Source of the DNA: Octopus vulgaris
Lineage: Eukaryota
Assembly (NCBI GenBank): GCA_951406725.2
Contig: OX597834.1
Coordinates: forward strand, 14,384,001-14,448,000
Length of the DNA: 64,000 nucleotides
Reading direction: 5' to 3'
Position numbers and translations under genes: made by a program. Shown here piece after piece: positions 1-15,390 of this stretch; the first letter of the stretch is position 1; every line of letters starts with the position of its first letter. The notes under the pieces were generated by a model. It worked only from the letters and a program-made list of their open reading frames with translations, ran no database searches and was not told where the DNA came from.

Positions 1-149
1 TAAGAATTGTTAAAAAGCATGGCGATTTACAAAATGCACTTCCATCATATTTTTGTGTAATTTGATTTAAGCCTATGTCGGCACTCTCATAATTTGCCTT
101 GGCATGCGTGCATACGAATTCTCAGCTCTCTCTTCTTCTCCTTTTTCCT

Positions 150-1340
<1,191 letters not shown>

Positions 1341-2009
1341 CTCGTATATGCACACATACACAAACACATTTACATATGGCTCATTCGATTACTTTTTGCA
1401 TAATTTTTCCCTTACTTATGACATGTGTAATTGCTGTTCTTTTCTATTTCTTCTATTCTCTCAGATGGCGCACACATGTTTCTGTTGCACACTTATTGCG
1501 TCCATAATTCTTACTTTGTTTTCCTTTGTTTTGTTTTTTTGTTTTTTTTTGTATTACATAGAATAAATTTTGATGCGTTTTTGTTTAATTTCTTCGCAGT
1601 AGTCATTCATTTCTTCATTTTGTTTTTTAGTTGTTGCTTTAATTGCAGTTTTTATTGTTATGATGATTTTATTTTAGTTTGACATTTTTGCATATCGATT
1701 GGATCTGAGTGTCGTACCTTTTACCAAGAATAATTTTGATCAGCTGGTGAATTGCTTACATAATGTCTTTCATGTACAAGAATGCAATGCATAACGCCCC
1801 CTTTATTTTTTCACTTTCAATGTTCGTATCTATTGTACATTGAATACGCGCATGTTCACGTTTGCAAGGCTACGAATACATTCTTTCCTTCGTTTTCATA
1901 ATTCTTTTTATCACTTACAATGTTATTGCCTCATTGATATGTATTATAATAGCAATAGTAATGACAGTATTAGTGATACTACTACTACTACTAATAATAA
2001 TAATAGCAC

Positions 2010-2287
2010 TACCAGGCAGTGGCTCTCGTGGCTTCTGATCTTAACTGATTGGAAGTATTATCATGTACATTGTTTTGTGTTGGTATAAAAGATGGGCTAC
2101 AGCAAATATTCTGCTCAATACCACAGATTTGTTTGTCAGTTGTTGAACCTTAACCAGTTGACCATGTCCCTTAGTTGCTGATGATATGTGCATCTCTGAT
2201 CATGAGCAAAAGTAGTGGGGGGAGCATCATAGCCATGTGTTGAGAGGGGTTCTTTGGGGTTTGAATAATTCACCTCTGGAAACATGA
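2010..2287. mobile_element. Fragment of a non-coding interspersed element associated with (AAT)n
   Basis: 2163-2287 aligns by eye with 42013-42135 (ATGTCCxTTAGTxGCTGAxGATATGTGCATCTC...CACCTCTGxAAACA). TACCAGGCAGT at 2010 recurs at about 51074. AAT/ACT repeats are adjacent. Confidence 0.75.
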
Positions 2288-2650
2288 AATTTCGTCTGCC
2301 GCTACGTTGTGAGTTCAAATTCCGCCGATGTCGACTTTGCCTTTCATCTTTTCGGGGAAGACAAATTAAGTACCAGTTACGCACCGAGGTCCTTTCTCTG
2401 TCGTTGATTTTCCCGTCTATGTGCCCCCCCCCCACAACCTGTGGGCAATAAAGAAAAAAGAAACGTTGGCACGCCGGGTGGAATAATTCGAGGTAGTTTG
2501 TCAACTGCTACTTTCTAAGTTCAAATTCCGATGAGGTCGAATTTGTCTTTCATCCTTTTGGGAGTCACTATATTAACTTCCAGTTCCGTAGTGGGGTCGA
2601 TCTAATTGACTAGCTCCCCACTCACCCACAAGGACCAGGCCTTCTACCTA
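2288..2650 (+). mobile_element. tRNA-derived SINE family M (Meta-domain-like), tandem dimer
   Basis: B box GAGTTCAAATTCC followed by GTCGACTTTGCCTTTCATC...GGGG...AAATTAAGTACCAG, present twice. Confidence 0.85.
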
Positions 2651-3519
2651 GGGTTATTGGTTCATTATGTGTGTGTTCGTGTGTGAGAGCAGTTCTGTGA
2701 TTGAAACAATGTTTTCTCGCACTACTCATTATTTCGTTTGCGAGTGTATTATTCTATGGTAGTACGGTTCTTGGAAAAAGAGATACAATATTAGAGAAGA
2801 AATAGCGTGTAATTCGTAGAAATATATTTTATTGTTTGAAATGAAAATCCCACAGCTTTACCACTCATGAAAACCTCGCAAATTGAACACAACAAAAGTG
2901 AATATAAACATATCAAAAAATTGGCTCCCTCTGCGCCTATAGCATAGATAATCATTATCTACCATATTATTTGAAGTTACATGAAGTACGCATTTGCTTC
3001 TCTTGAAGCCGTCTCTCTTTTTCAATTTATTCTCCGTAGAAAATTTTGACATTAAACATTAGTAGCAAATTCTACTTGCTGTGTGAGAAATTATTTCAAT
3101 TACATTTTCCCTAGAAACACCGACATTATTCATTTTCCCCATTTAGATTTGTCACTTCCTAGAAAATATATGTATCGCATATACATTAAGACAAAACATT
3201 ATTATTAATAAGATGTTCTCAAAAGTGGTACTGTGTACAGAGAAATCAGAAAGATGAGAAAAATGTGAAATCTTTTAAATGATGATCGAAAGTTATTTTA
3301 AACATATACTGTCAAATTTCAACGATTTCCTCAGAAATATAATTGGCAATGAAAATGCAACTATATTAAATTTATCGGCATATATTTATATTGATATCCG
3401 GAGAAATAATAGTCATGTTTAGATAAGCTTATATATTAATAAATGTCTTTGAAGTTACAATAATTACATCATGAAAAACTTGGATAGGAATCTTCTCCAG
3501 AGAAATGATATGTACAATA

Positions 3520-3582
<63 letters not shown>

Positions 3583-3592
3583 ACATATATAA

Positions 3593-3646
<54 letters not shown>

Positions 3647-3766
3647 TAATTTGATTATAAGGAACTGAGTAACAAAATGTTAATGAATATACATAATCCA
3701 TGTTTATGAGTATGTGTGTGTGTGTGTGTGTGTGTTTGAAAATATATGCACGCACAATCACAGAAA

Positions 3767-4021
3767 TACGAGGGGTTGCTGAAAACTTCTGGCTTTAAGG
3801 GGATCACGAAAGTCCTGGCTTCAAGGGTATCACGAAACGCCTGTATCGAATCTCAATCTTCCGAGTTCTTTTGCAGGACTTAGAAAACCTAAAGGGCCAC
3901 TATAATAAGTGTATGAATCTGAGGGGGGGATATATTGAATAAAAATAATAATATAATAATAAACTGACCCTGCTGTATTTTCATTTACCCATAACCAGGA
4001 ATTTTCAGCAGTCCCTCATGA
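3767..4021 (+). mobile_element. Mariner-derived MITE
   Basis: TIRs TACGAGGGGTTGCTGAAAA and TTTTCAGCAGTCCCTCATGA. Internal remnant of a mariner C-terminus (AAGTGT...GGGGATATATTGAATAA = KC...GDYIE*). Confidence 0.8.
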
Positions 4022-4040
4022 ATATACATACACACACAAA

Positions 4041-4095
<55 letters not shown>

Positions 4096-4384
4096 TATAA
4101 TTGCATATAATGTAGATAAAGAAGCAATTGTTCAGCATCAATCTATCTTTTCGTTGTATTTCGCTTTCCCTACGTTGAAGGTAATATTTCTTCTGTGGCT
4201 ATACTTCGGTGGCTATACCAGAATAAGGAGCTATTTCTAGCACTAGAGTTAACCACTTCACGTTAACTCTCTTATATTTACGGATAAATTTGTACAGTCT
4301 CCCTGGTTTTTATGTGCTAGGCCACTTGGTGTTAAACTGACGGTATTATTAAATTAATATCTAATTTTTCACCCTCATTTATGA

Positions 4385-4457
<73 letters not shown>

Positions 4458-5105
4458 TATACAGTTCGATTACAGCTTGTGTTAACTTCATAAAGGGATG
4501 GTTTCATCCAAGGTATTACTGCTTCAATACATAATATTTTGGGAAAATTAATTTGATGATTAATTTGTTGTTAATAATAAACAATTATTAACTTCCCAAT
4601 CTCCATTTTCTTTCTTTTTCTTCCTTGATATATATACTTACTGAGAGAGTGACGGAAAGCTAATGAGTGTAAGTTTGGGGGGCGTGTGCGAGGGCCTGTT
4701 GTGGGTGCATTTGTGTATCGGTGTTCGTCAACAACCATCGCTTGACAACCGATGTTGTGTAACTTCGCGATTCGGTAAGAGAAACTGCCACTATACCTAT
4801 GATTTGCATATATATCGGCAAATACCTCAATGAACGGTATAAAATTCTATAAAATTTGTGTACATCTAGCAAAGTGATATTATACATGATCCTGATGTGT
4901 CGATCTTTTTTCCATATTAGTATGAGAATGCTGATGCAGTGTATTATGCAATAGAATAACACACATATTATACAATAAAATAGTAACGCTAGTCTCAATG
5001 AATTACGATGGAAAAGTTGTGAAATTATATAATATTATATAATATAACGAACTGCTCACTCCATTTTTCTTGCTGAATAATGTTCTAAAGCTTAGTTATG
5101 TCTTT

Positions 5106-5154
<49 letters not shown>

Positions 5155-5523
5155 CAGGAACGTTACCTCCGAATTGTACTTGTATCTGATATCCGGTACT
5201 CGTGGACATGTTCAGGAAATCGAACTCCCAGATCAAAACCAAAATTAAATGAATATACATAGATATGTATTGTGTGCGTGCGTGCATGTGTCATTTCAAA
5301 ATTTTGAGTGCATTAAGATCTGCTTTTTCACTCCTCTCTCTCTCTCTGTATGAGAGTCGTTCTGTATTTGTAATTGTGTAAAATTACGTTAGAAAAAATG
5401 TACGATATTCTATAGGCTTTTGACAATCTTTTCGAAAATTCTTTAACAAAACAATTGGGTTTTTGAATCAGTACTTCAACATTACTCGAAATGTATACAT
5501 CTCTATAAACAGACACACACACA

Positions 5524-5579
<56 letters not shown>

Positions 5580-5909
5580 CAAACACACATATGTATGGGT
5601 GTATTTATAATCCAATTTGGATAGAGAGTTCTCTGCCTTTTAACAGTCTTATCCCAACCATAACGCATGATCGTTCACTGGGAATATGATCTCTGACGAA
5701 TGTGAAAACGTTCACAATAACACAAATAACAGCATCCGATAAAATTGTATCATTAAGTCGCATGTCAAGATTAGTGTCTGTGTGTGTGCTTGTGTGTGTG
5801 TGTGTGTGTAGGCGTGTGTGTGAATGCGCGTGTGTATTTGTGTGCATGTGTATCAGTGAGTGCGTATATATGCATATATTTCTGTGTATGTATACATATA
5901 TATATATAT

Positions 5910-5949
<40 letters not shown>

Positions 5950-5993
5950 CATATGTTTGAATATATATGTATATTTATTTTATATTAATATAA

Positions 5994-6029
<36 letters not shown>

Positions 6030-6120
6030 ATAGATATGCATATATACATAGTTATGCATGCACATATATATATACTTATATATGTATATAAATATACATA
6101 TATACATATATATGGATATG

Positions 6121-6157
<37 letters not shown>

Positions 6158-6168
6158 ATATATGAACG

Positions 6169-6220
<52 letters not shown>

Positions 6221-6229
6221 TATGTATGG

Positions 6230-6260
<31 letters not shown>

Positions 6261-6373
6261 CACTGTAACTGTAGTCCGTGTATCATTATGATGAGAACGT
6301 GTTACTTTTTTATGTAATCGTCATCCAATATTCTATACCTGAGAATGATTTCTATAAGGCAATACAACACAAT

Positions 6374-6424
<51 letters not shown>

Positions 6425-6809
6425 TTACTTTATAACTTATAATGTTATAATGAAGAGAATTTCTCATGAGACATTTCGTAGTAAAAGAATTGCATCTGAC
6501 ATAGACATTTCTATACTGTCATTATGATTGTCTAGACTGAATGGCACTCAAAAAAAAAAATATCAAAAAACATAGAACGATTCGGGAAAGAAATAATTTC
6601 TTTTCTGTTTTTTTTTTTTTTTTACTTTATAAATATCGATAAGGTCAGCTTAATTGTATTTATGTAGTAAATCTCTCTATGTATATGTTTAACGTTTTTT
6701 TTTTTATATCTATGTATGCCACTCTATATCTCTTTGTATGTATATATGTCCCTCTCTCTCTCTCACTCTCTTTCTCCATTGGTGCATAGTTAGAAAGATA
6801 GACAAACAC

Positions 6810-6865
<56 letters not shown>

Positions 6866-7576
6866 TTATATATATATATGTATATATATTTATATATATA
6901 TATATATATATATAGATATATATATATATAGATATATAGATATATATACGTATATATATATATATATATACATAGTATTTCCTGTTATACCTACTAGCGT
7001 AAATATTCTCTAATTTTGCATCATATTTTATGTTACATTTATATATCATTTTTTATGATGGTAAACAGAGTTAAGCATTCGATATTTTATGTCTGTCATT
7101 GGTAGGCCATTTTCTCATTTTTAATAACATATATCACTACATTAATTGCACGTATTATGTCTGATGTTTGTACAATCTCCATGATTAAACAGTTGTTAGA
7201 TGAACATGAACAGAATGCCTCACACTTAAAATCATTTACGCCGTTAAATCATGAATTTCAGCGACAACTGTGAAGCAAAATCGAATTCTAACTATTAGAC
7301 ACGTTGAAACATTTAGTACACCTTTCTTTCGTTTTTCTTTTTTCTTATTTATTTACGACCACTACTCATTAGAAGGCTTTCTCAGTGATCCTATTCTTGA
7401 TTTTATCAAACGAAGCATCTGGCACGTCATGATCTCGGGGTTCCAAAGATTTATCAACTCATGCGCAGCAATAAATATTCAAACAAACATGTAAAGTGAT
7501 GATGCAATACATCAAAGAATTCGGAATGGTCTCTTCCCGATTTCAGACATGACACATTAGGGTGTCAGTGTAAACC

Positions 7577-7878
7577 AAATGTTCTCAGTTGGGGTCCATA
7601 TAAGAAGTTGGGGGCGCCACGGTTGTAATACAGTACATTGGATGAGCCATGGGGATTTTTCAGGGACTCTCAAAAAATTTTGCTTCAGGCCAATAAATTT
7701 TATGTACAATAAACTTGTTATTCATTCACAATGCACAAAATATTTTAAACGAGTCTTAATAATATTTGATTATAAGAAAACAGTCGTATTTTTTAAACAT
7801 CGAATGGGTATGGGTTCCACAGAAGTAAAATAGAAATCAACGGAGTCCATAGGCAAAAAATATTGGTTGAGAAGCCCT
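7577..7878. mobile_element. Degenerate hAT-like MITE, with an inverted partial copy at about 8040-8115
   Basis: Ends resemble CAGTGGTTCTCAAC-type TIRs (TGTTCTCAGTTGGGGTCCAT ... TGGTTGAGAAGCCCTA). 8040-8115 is a diverged reverse complement of 7800-7872. Confidence 0.5.
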
Positions 7879-8562
7879 ATCTAAACAATGAACCAAATAA
7901 GCGTGATTGGAAAAGTTTAAATTCAGAACCACTGCAAACAGATGCTACAGAATATCCAACCATCCTGATGTATTTGCAGTATCTGAAAAATGTCATTCTT
8001 TAGATTCTAATGAATGACACTTTTCGGATACGGGATGATCCTCAGCTATTTTTATATACTTATGGACTCCCTTGATTACTGTTTTACATCCGAGGATTCC
8101 CATTAGCCATTCTATGTTTAAAAAACTAGTTCTGTAAATACTGTTTTCAAATTCCGCCGTGAACGACTTTACCCGTCAGCCTGTCAGGGTCGATTTTCAG
8201 GCCCGGTTCCTTTAGTATAAAGGACTATTTATCATTAAAATTGACGCTACTTATTTTCAGCGGACCTTTTAGGTTAATAGCAGAGTGCTCAGCCTGAATC
8301 TGAAGTGTATGTGTTCGAGTCCTATAGGCGCCTACTGGCATCTTTTCTCCGTCTTATAAGAGTAAAACACCCAGTCTCGTGCAGAGCTGTGGGCGAAAAT
8401 CATGGTCTTACATCTTTGAGTAGATCTATGCAATTAAATAAATAGACCAATAATTAATTCGCATTGATATTTCTTTTAATTGGAAAGCATTGATCTGTGG
8501 TAGATTTTACTACTAGTTCCTGTAGGTTAAATTTTATCGTATACTGATTTAGTGAATAGCTT

Positions 8563-8737
8563 GCGGCCAAGCAGGAGCACCGCCTTGCAGAAATTTTAGT
8601 CGAATGAATCGATCCCAGTACATTTTAAGCCCGGTACATATCCTATTGTTTTCTGCTGCCCGAACCACTCTGTTAGTCACACCAACTCCGGTAGCCATGC
8701 TGTAGTGACACACACACACACATACACACACACACAC

Positions 8738-8828
<91 letters not shown>

Positions 8829-8829
8829 A

Positions 8830-8869
<40 letters not shown>

Positions 8870-9029
8870 TACATATAGAAGGTTTCTTTCAGTTTCCGTC
8901 TGCTAAATTCACTTAGAAAGCTTTGGTGTCCCCGAGGCTAGAATAGATGACATTTGCCAAAGAGGACCGAACCGGCAACCCCATGATTGGGAAAAAGACC
9001 TTCTTACCATCTACCCGCGCCTGCGCCTA
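8563..9029 (-). mobile_element. tRNA-derived SINE family C (internal TA/CA microsatellite), diverged copy
   Basis: Same architecture as the 36659-37145 copy: GGAGCACCGCC...microsatellite...TTTCAGTTTCCGTC...CCTGCGCCTA. Confidence 0.85.
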
Positions 9030-9860
9030 GTTAATGCTTCGTTGCTTCCTATGTAAATGTATTCTCGTTAATTTAATAGTTGTTTATATTTGAGCAAAGT
9101 GTGATTATACTGATTAGAATAAAGCGCATGTCAGCCACGTCAATTAACATTAGACACCTTATCCTTCCATTATATATTATGTCATTTCCTCATCTTAGAC
9201 GTGTTCTCTATGGCATGAGTGAGGTTTGACATTTATTTGTAAGAAGATGAAGCATTTAGGTAAAGTCTCCGGAGTTGTATAATGTTTCATTACAATCAAT
9301 TTTGCTGTCGCTCTACTTGCTTTCATTAAACGCTCAACTTTGAATGAACAGTTGTATGATTAAAAGCATTTTATCCGTTATTATATCTAGCTCTTGTTTT
9401 TTAAGTCTTATAGAGGATTACAGTTATCTAATCTTTCTTATCTCATTTAAGATGTTACAGTGAGATTTTCCCTGCTAATGCAAAGAGTTAAAGCGATTAA
9501 GTAAAAGGCAATATCTTTAGCTGGATATGTGTTCGTTTGATGGAGTACATCAACGTCAAGATGTAGTTATTGCTTGTGATACAAGCGAACGTCGGAAATT
9601 AAATTGGTAATTTCAGATACTTCCAGTCAGTCAGGAGCCAGGTGAAAGATATGATAGAAATAAATAAATAATATAATTAAAGCGAAACGATGTGATTCAC
9701 AGAAAAACGGGCAGTTTTAAGATATTATCAATGTACATATCTTGACTATCTAATTAAATTAAGAATTGAGTACGAATAAAACTACACATTTATAACTCCT
9801 TCCCATACATTTACGAAATGAGGGGCACACAAACGTACACACAAACTCGCACACACACAT

Positions 9861-10014
<154 letters not shown>

Positions 10015-10315
10015 CAAAATAAGAAAATGGAGGAACAGATTCATTTCAATCATCGACTTACAGATATTACCAATTCATATTGTTTATTAACTACATAAAT
10101 AGGAACATCCAAATCCAACAAAATAAAACAATATACATCAATATGTAAGATAATACCATAAAATGGATCTTACAGCTGTTTCAGCCTGTAGATAAAGGTA
10201 TCTCATTCTGCCTATATTAGGCAGATGTATTGAGGTAATATGCAGTTAAAAATATGCCCTATATTGGATAACTGATATCCCATAGTGGGTTACACTCATA
10301 ACCCCTATCTCACTT

Positions 10316-10400
<85 letters not shown>

Positions 10401-10785
10401 TTGTGTGTTTGTGTGTGTGTGTGTGTATATGTATGTTTATCTATCAGTCAGTGAAGAAAAAATAGTAACAGCAATATTAATTATCTACTGCTACATTGTA
10501 TAGAAACTCTATTCCAAACAACTGTTCGCAACTGGTGGTGCATTTAAGTCATTTTGGGAACCCCATGTGAAAAATAGTATATTGAGGATTCAGCATAGTA
10601 TTTTAAGTATCCGTGAAAAAATATGCTTATGGTGTATTTATTGCAAGAAACAGCTAATTTCCTTTCCGACATGCATTACACAGTTCAACATGTTTCCGGA
10701 CATTAAAACACGTTCTATAAGAGAGTGATCTTGAAAACATTCTCAAATGAACGACTGAAAGACGAAACATAAACATAATTATTCA

Positions 10786-11650
10786 TATATGGAGTTGGAA
10801 GAATAAATATCTGGACTGTTGCCATAATAACGAAGCTAAAGCACGCCGAATGAAGCCGCATGGTTCAGATTGGTTGTGAACTCTGCTGTACATGCGCATT
10901 AAGGTTTTATAGTCTAGCTCACTTCCGCTATCTACAACTGTGCTTGGAAGGAATGGGCATAGCGTGTGTTCATCGCATTGACTATGACAGAGAAAATTGC
11001 CCTGGATATACCTGGTCATAGGCCAACGCAAAGTTGCGAAAAGTTTATGGAGAAGAGTGTATGAGTCTCACGCAAGTGCACAAGCGGTTAAGACGTTTTT
11101 GAGATGGCCGAAAATATACGATAGTGGGCAACATCGCAAATGTGCTTGCAGCTGTGAGGGGAAATTGTCGATTCACCATCCGTGCGTTATCAGATGATAA
11201 GCAGATTACTTACGGTTCAGTTCACTCCATTATCACTGAAGATTTGGGCATGAGAGTCATGTCTACCAAGCTTGTGCCAAAACTGCTTTCAGTTGACCAA
11301 AACGACACTGAGGTTTTAGTTGCGAAAGATCCCCTTGATTATCTCGAGAAAGATGAAAATATTTTGAGGACTTTGTGTAGGCCTCTGAGCAGTTATTTGC
11401 CAAGATTTTGGCAAAATTTGGAAGAAGATTACCTGCTTAACTTTCTCTGTCATCGTCAATGCGAGAACCACACACTGCACATCTTCATTCCAACTACTGT
11501 TGTAAACAGAGGAAGTGTGGTAGAACGTTAACACTTAGTGCGCATGAACAGCAGAGTTGAAGGTCAATTTGTGCCAAGCGGCCTTGCTCTCCATTCTTTA
11601 ACTTCGCTAATATACTAACAGTCCGAATACTAATTGATCAGACCACCTAT
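10786..11650 (+). mobile_element. Mariner derivative with ~210-bp inverted ends and an internal transposase fragment
   Basis: ORF 11124-11531 has mariner HTH/linker sequence (RFTIRALSDD..ITYGSVHSIITEDLGMR..STKLVPKLL, WVPxxL-like motif). 10790-11000 is a diverged reverse complement of 11438-11650. Confidence 0.8.
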
Positions 11651-11658
11651 ACATAACT

Positions 11659-12043
11659 GGAATGGAAGCACTCCGTCGGTAACGACGACGAGGGTTCCGG
11701 TTGATCCGAATGAACGGAACAGCCTGCTCGTGAAATTAACGTGTAAGTGGCTGAGCACTCCACAGACACGTGTACCCTTAACGTAGTTCTCGGGGATATT
11801 CAGAGGGACACAGAGAGTGACAAGGCCGGCCCTTTGAAATACAGGTACAACAGAAACAGGAAGTAAGAGTGAGAGAAAGTTTTGGTGAAAGAGTACAGCA
11901 GGGATAAACCACCCCCTGCCGGAGCCTCGTGGAGCTTTAGGTGTTTTCGCTCAATAAACACTCACAACGCCCGGTCTGGGAATCGAAACCGCGATCCTAT
12001 GACCGCGAGTCCGCTGCCCTAACCACTGGGCCATTGCGCCTCC
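11659..12043 (-). mobile_element. Full-length tRNA-derived SINE family R (tail type A) with TSD
   Basis: Minus-strand head GGAGGCGCAATGGCCCAGTGGTTAGGGCAGCGGAC...GGTTTCGATTCCC (A and B boxes). ACATAACT direct repeat at 11651-11658 and 12051-12058. Confidence 0.92.
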
Positions 12044-13419
12044 ACCTTAAACATAACTATATCTTTACAAAATGACATCATCAATTCGAAAAGAAATTAT
12101 TATCTTTCTCCGTGGTTCTCGTATCTTTGTGTGTATGGTTATATGACTCTATGGACTTCATTACCTCTCTGGTCTCAGACTGTCTGAGACCTCCTAACAC
12201 TATACATCCTATCATTTCTCTTTATTGCCATGATATTTCTTTGGTTATACACCTCTTCCTTTAACTGCAATCCTGTTTTATTGGCGTCACAGACATAAAT
12301 ACGTAAATATAAGTGTTTGAATATAAGAGACACTAAACGATGTCCTAAAAGTTCAAAACTATTATTTGTTTATCACTGTTTGAATTACTATTTTAACACG
12401 GTTTGTTATATGTTTGCATCCAATGTCGTCTCGCATACACTTTTTTGTAAAAAAACAAATTACATAAGTAAAACAAGGCTTAGAAAACATTGTAAAAATA
12501 ATTATCAATATATTTTCTCATAAATTTCATAAATAATTATGACGTTAACTAGACAGTCATTCACTCCTTCAAACCTCAAAATGAACAAAAAAAGAATTTT
12601 ATCAAAGAAAGAGAACAAGGGATTCTTAATAACAGTAGTTTTAAAGACAAGATACAAACCAAAATCATTCAGTTTTCTATATTAAAAAAACGATAATACC
12701 AATTTATTTTGTTAGCAAGTTTATTTCTTCAGGTAGATTTATTCAACATTTATTCATCTTTTTTGTTACTCTTATAATAATTTTATTTGTTGATAATGTT
12801 ATTTCTGCAGTGTTTTTAATGTTCTAATTATTAGTTTGTTTACTCTGATTGTTGTTCATTATTTCCTGTTATCTTTTTTTCAATTCTTGAAGTAACAGTT
12901 GTTATTATTATTTTCTAGTTTGAACTCTAAATAATTCTTTGTATATTATTCATAAGTCTTATTATATTTGTGGTATATAGATATATCTTGAAGCAATTCT
13001 TGTTTGTTTAGAATATTTGTATGTCGTATTTTTTTTTTATGTAAACTGTCCTAGTCGTGTTTAGTCTGTTTTTCTCCTCTTGAGCGATAAAACAAGCTAC
13101 CTACGGTTGACAATCTTTATGTATCCTTCACGTTCAGACGCAAAGAAAAAAAATGTAATTTATTATTCATTTCGTTTACTATGTTAGAATTTTATTTTAT
13201 AACATCTACCAATATGACGTGTATTAAATTATTCATATACGATATGAACAATAAACGATACTCTAATAATTTTATTGAACTATGAATGCTAGTGTATATA
13301 TATATGTTTTCGGTTGTCAGTGGTTTCGTATATATATATACGAGAGAGAGAGAGAGAGGAATAAATATATGTATATATGTATGTATATACCATATATATA
13401 TATATATATATATATATCA

Positions 13420-13535
13420 ATTGATCACGTGACCGAACAGACCATCAGATGTTGCTACACATCGCCGGTCACAATGCGTTCGCATTGTTTTAGCCTTCGA
13501 ATGACGCCACCCCGCTGACTAAGCGAGCAGGCCAA
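13420..13535 (-). mobile_element. SINE family R tail-B fragment; second copy at 14448-14560
   Basis: Two near-identical ~113-bp copies. The end GGCTAAGCGAGCAGGCCAA matches about 56790-56808, which continues into the family R head. Confidence 0.7.
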
Positions 13536-13561
13536 TATATATATATATATATATATATATA

Positions 13562-13945
13562 CACTCTTTTACTTGTTTCAGTCATTTGCCTGCGGCCATG
13601 CTAAAGCGCTAACTTTTGTCGAGCAAATCGACCTCAGGACTTATTCTTTGTAAGCGTAGTACTTGGTCTATCGGTCTCTATTGCATAACTGCTAAGTTAC
13701 GGGGACATAAACACGCCAGCATCAATTGTCAAGCGATGTTGAGGGGACAGATACAGACACACAAACACACACACAATACATACATATATACGACAGGCTT
13801 CTTTCAGTTTCCGTCTACCAAATCCACTCACAAGGTTTTGGTCATCCCGAGGCTGTAGTAGAAGTCACTTGCCCAAGGTGCCATGCAGTGGGACTGAACC
13901 CGCAATCATGTGGTTGGTAAACAAGCTACTTACCACTCCTCCCCC
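13562..13945 (-). mobile_element. SINE family C copy
   Basis: ACTCTTTTACTTGTTTCAGTCATTTG tail through GGGACTGAACCC (B box, reverse complement) and head. Confidence 0.9.
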
Positions 13946-14649
13946 TGTATGTATATTAAATCTCTCTCTATAAATATAGATAGGCACGTATACATAGAAT
14001 TACATATGAGTGTATGTATGTGTTGAGCAGAGGAGCGTCTGTGTGTGGTATGTCGGAAACAGCTTTCCATTACAGAACATTTACACAATATTAAGTTCAA
14101 GTCTAAACATTTCTATAATGGATTTTTCAGATCTCATTATTTGTGCTTTATGTTGAGTGTGTAACAGTAAATTTCCTAAATCCATTAATCCATTAACCTT
14201 TCAAGTAATTCCGTCTCTCATCAAGACATTTATGTCATACAAATAATGACGCATACATCAGAAGAGGTTGCAAAGTGCGACGGTTGTTCAGTTAAAACTG
14301 AACAAACATTCAACACCGAAACTATAATTTGTCAGGAATGAGTTCCATTTGACTCAAGAAATATTTTGCCTTTAATGCATATGCATTGTTGAATTTTTCT
14401 ATAATTAAAACCACCATCCTTTTATACATCTAACATATATATAACACTTGATCACGTGACCGACCAGACCATCAGATGTTGCTACACATCGCTGGTCACA
14501 ATGCGTTCGCATTGTTTTAGCCTTCGAATGATGCCACCCCGCTGGCTAAGCGAGCAGGCAAATATATATATGTATGGTATATACATACATATATACATAT
14601 ATTTATTCCTTTATCTGTCTCTCTCACTGTATTTCCCTCTCTCTCTCTC

Positions 14650-14688
<39 letters not shown>

Positions 14689-14969
14689 TCTTTTACTCTT
14701 TTACTTGTTTCAGTCATTTGACTGCGGCCATGCCGGAGGACGACATTTAGCTGAAAATTTAGAGCGGTTACTTACTGAAAGCCGCACAAAACATATTAGG
14801 TGACTCTTAAACAATTTCTTGTACTTGTGTTCTTGTCTGTGTTAAATGTGTATTCAGCCCGACATATTTATACATAAACATCATAACAAGTCTATCGCCA
14901 CCACACACGCCACCATCTTCTTTATAATTCCCATCCCTTTCTCTCTTTCAAAGTTTTACAGAAAGACAT

Positions 14970-15137
14970 CAGTTTTGGGAGAAATTAACAGCGCTCAACT
15001 GGTAATTATTTTCATCAACCCGGAAAGGATAAAAGATAAAGTTAACCTTGGCGCTATTTGAACTCAGAAAGTAAGGTCGACGACATATCGCTAATTATTT
15101 TGACCGGCGTGCTAATGATTCAGCCAGTTCGTTGCTT
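14970..15137 (-). mobile_element. SINE family M, diverged
   Basis: CCCGGAAAGGAT...ATTTGAACTCAGAA...GGCGTGCTAA...GCCAG. Confidence 0.7.
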
Positions 15138-15189
15138 TCGTAGTACAGAATATATTTATTCCTTTATTTCCCACAGGGGGCTAAACATA

Positions 15190-15390
15190 AAGGTGGTGGT
15201 TGCTGAAATATTCTTGGCTTTGGGTAAAGGCTAATGCAAGAGGATCACTTTATTATAATTTTATTCAACATATTCCCCTCTCAGATTCACACAGGTCTCT
15301 AAGCCCTGTAAAAGAACTCAGAGATGTTAGCTCTCGAACGAGCACTTTGTCAATACCCATAAAGTATATAATTTTCAGCATTCCCCTGTA
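15190..15390 (-). mobile_element. Mariner MITE, same family as 3767-4021, opposite orientation
   Basis: GGTTGCTGAAA ... TTTTCAGCATTCCCCTGTA ends. Internal TTATTCAACATATTCCCCTCTCAGATTCACAC is the reverse complement of the KC..L.GEYVE* segment. Confidence 0.7.

Noticed and set aside
5690-5720. CTGACGA-atgt-GAAA-ACGTTC hammerhead-like string
   Set aside because: No stem II and no stem I pairing.
8010-8050. Minus-strand CTGAGGA...GAAA...TC
   Set aside because: Stems I to III do not pair; chance match overlapping a hairpin.
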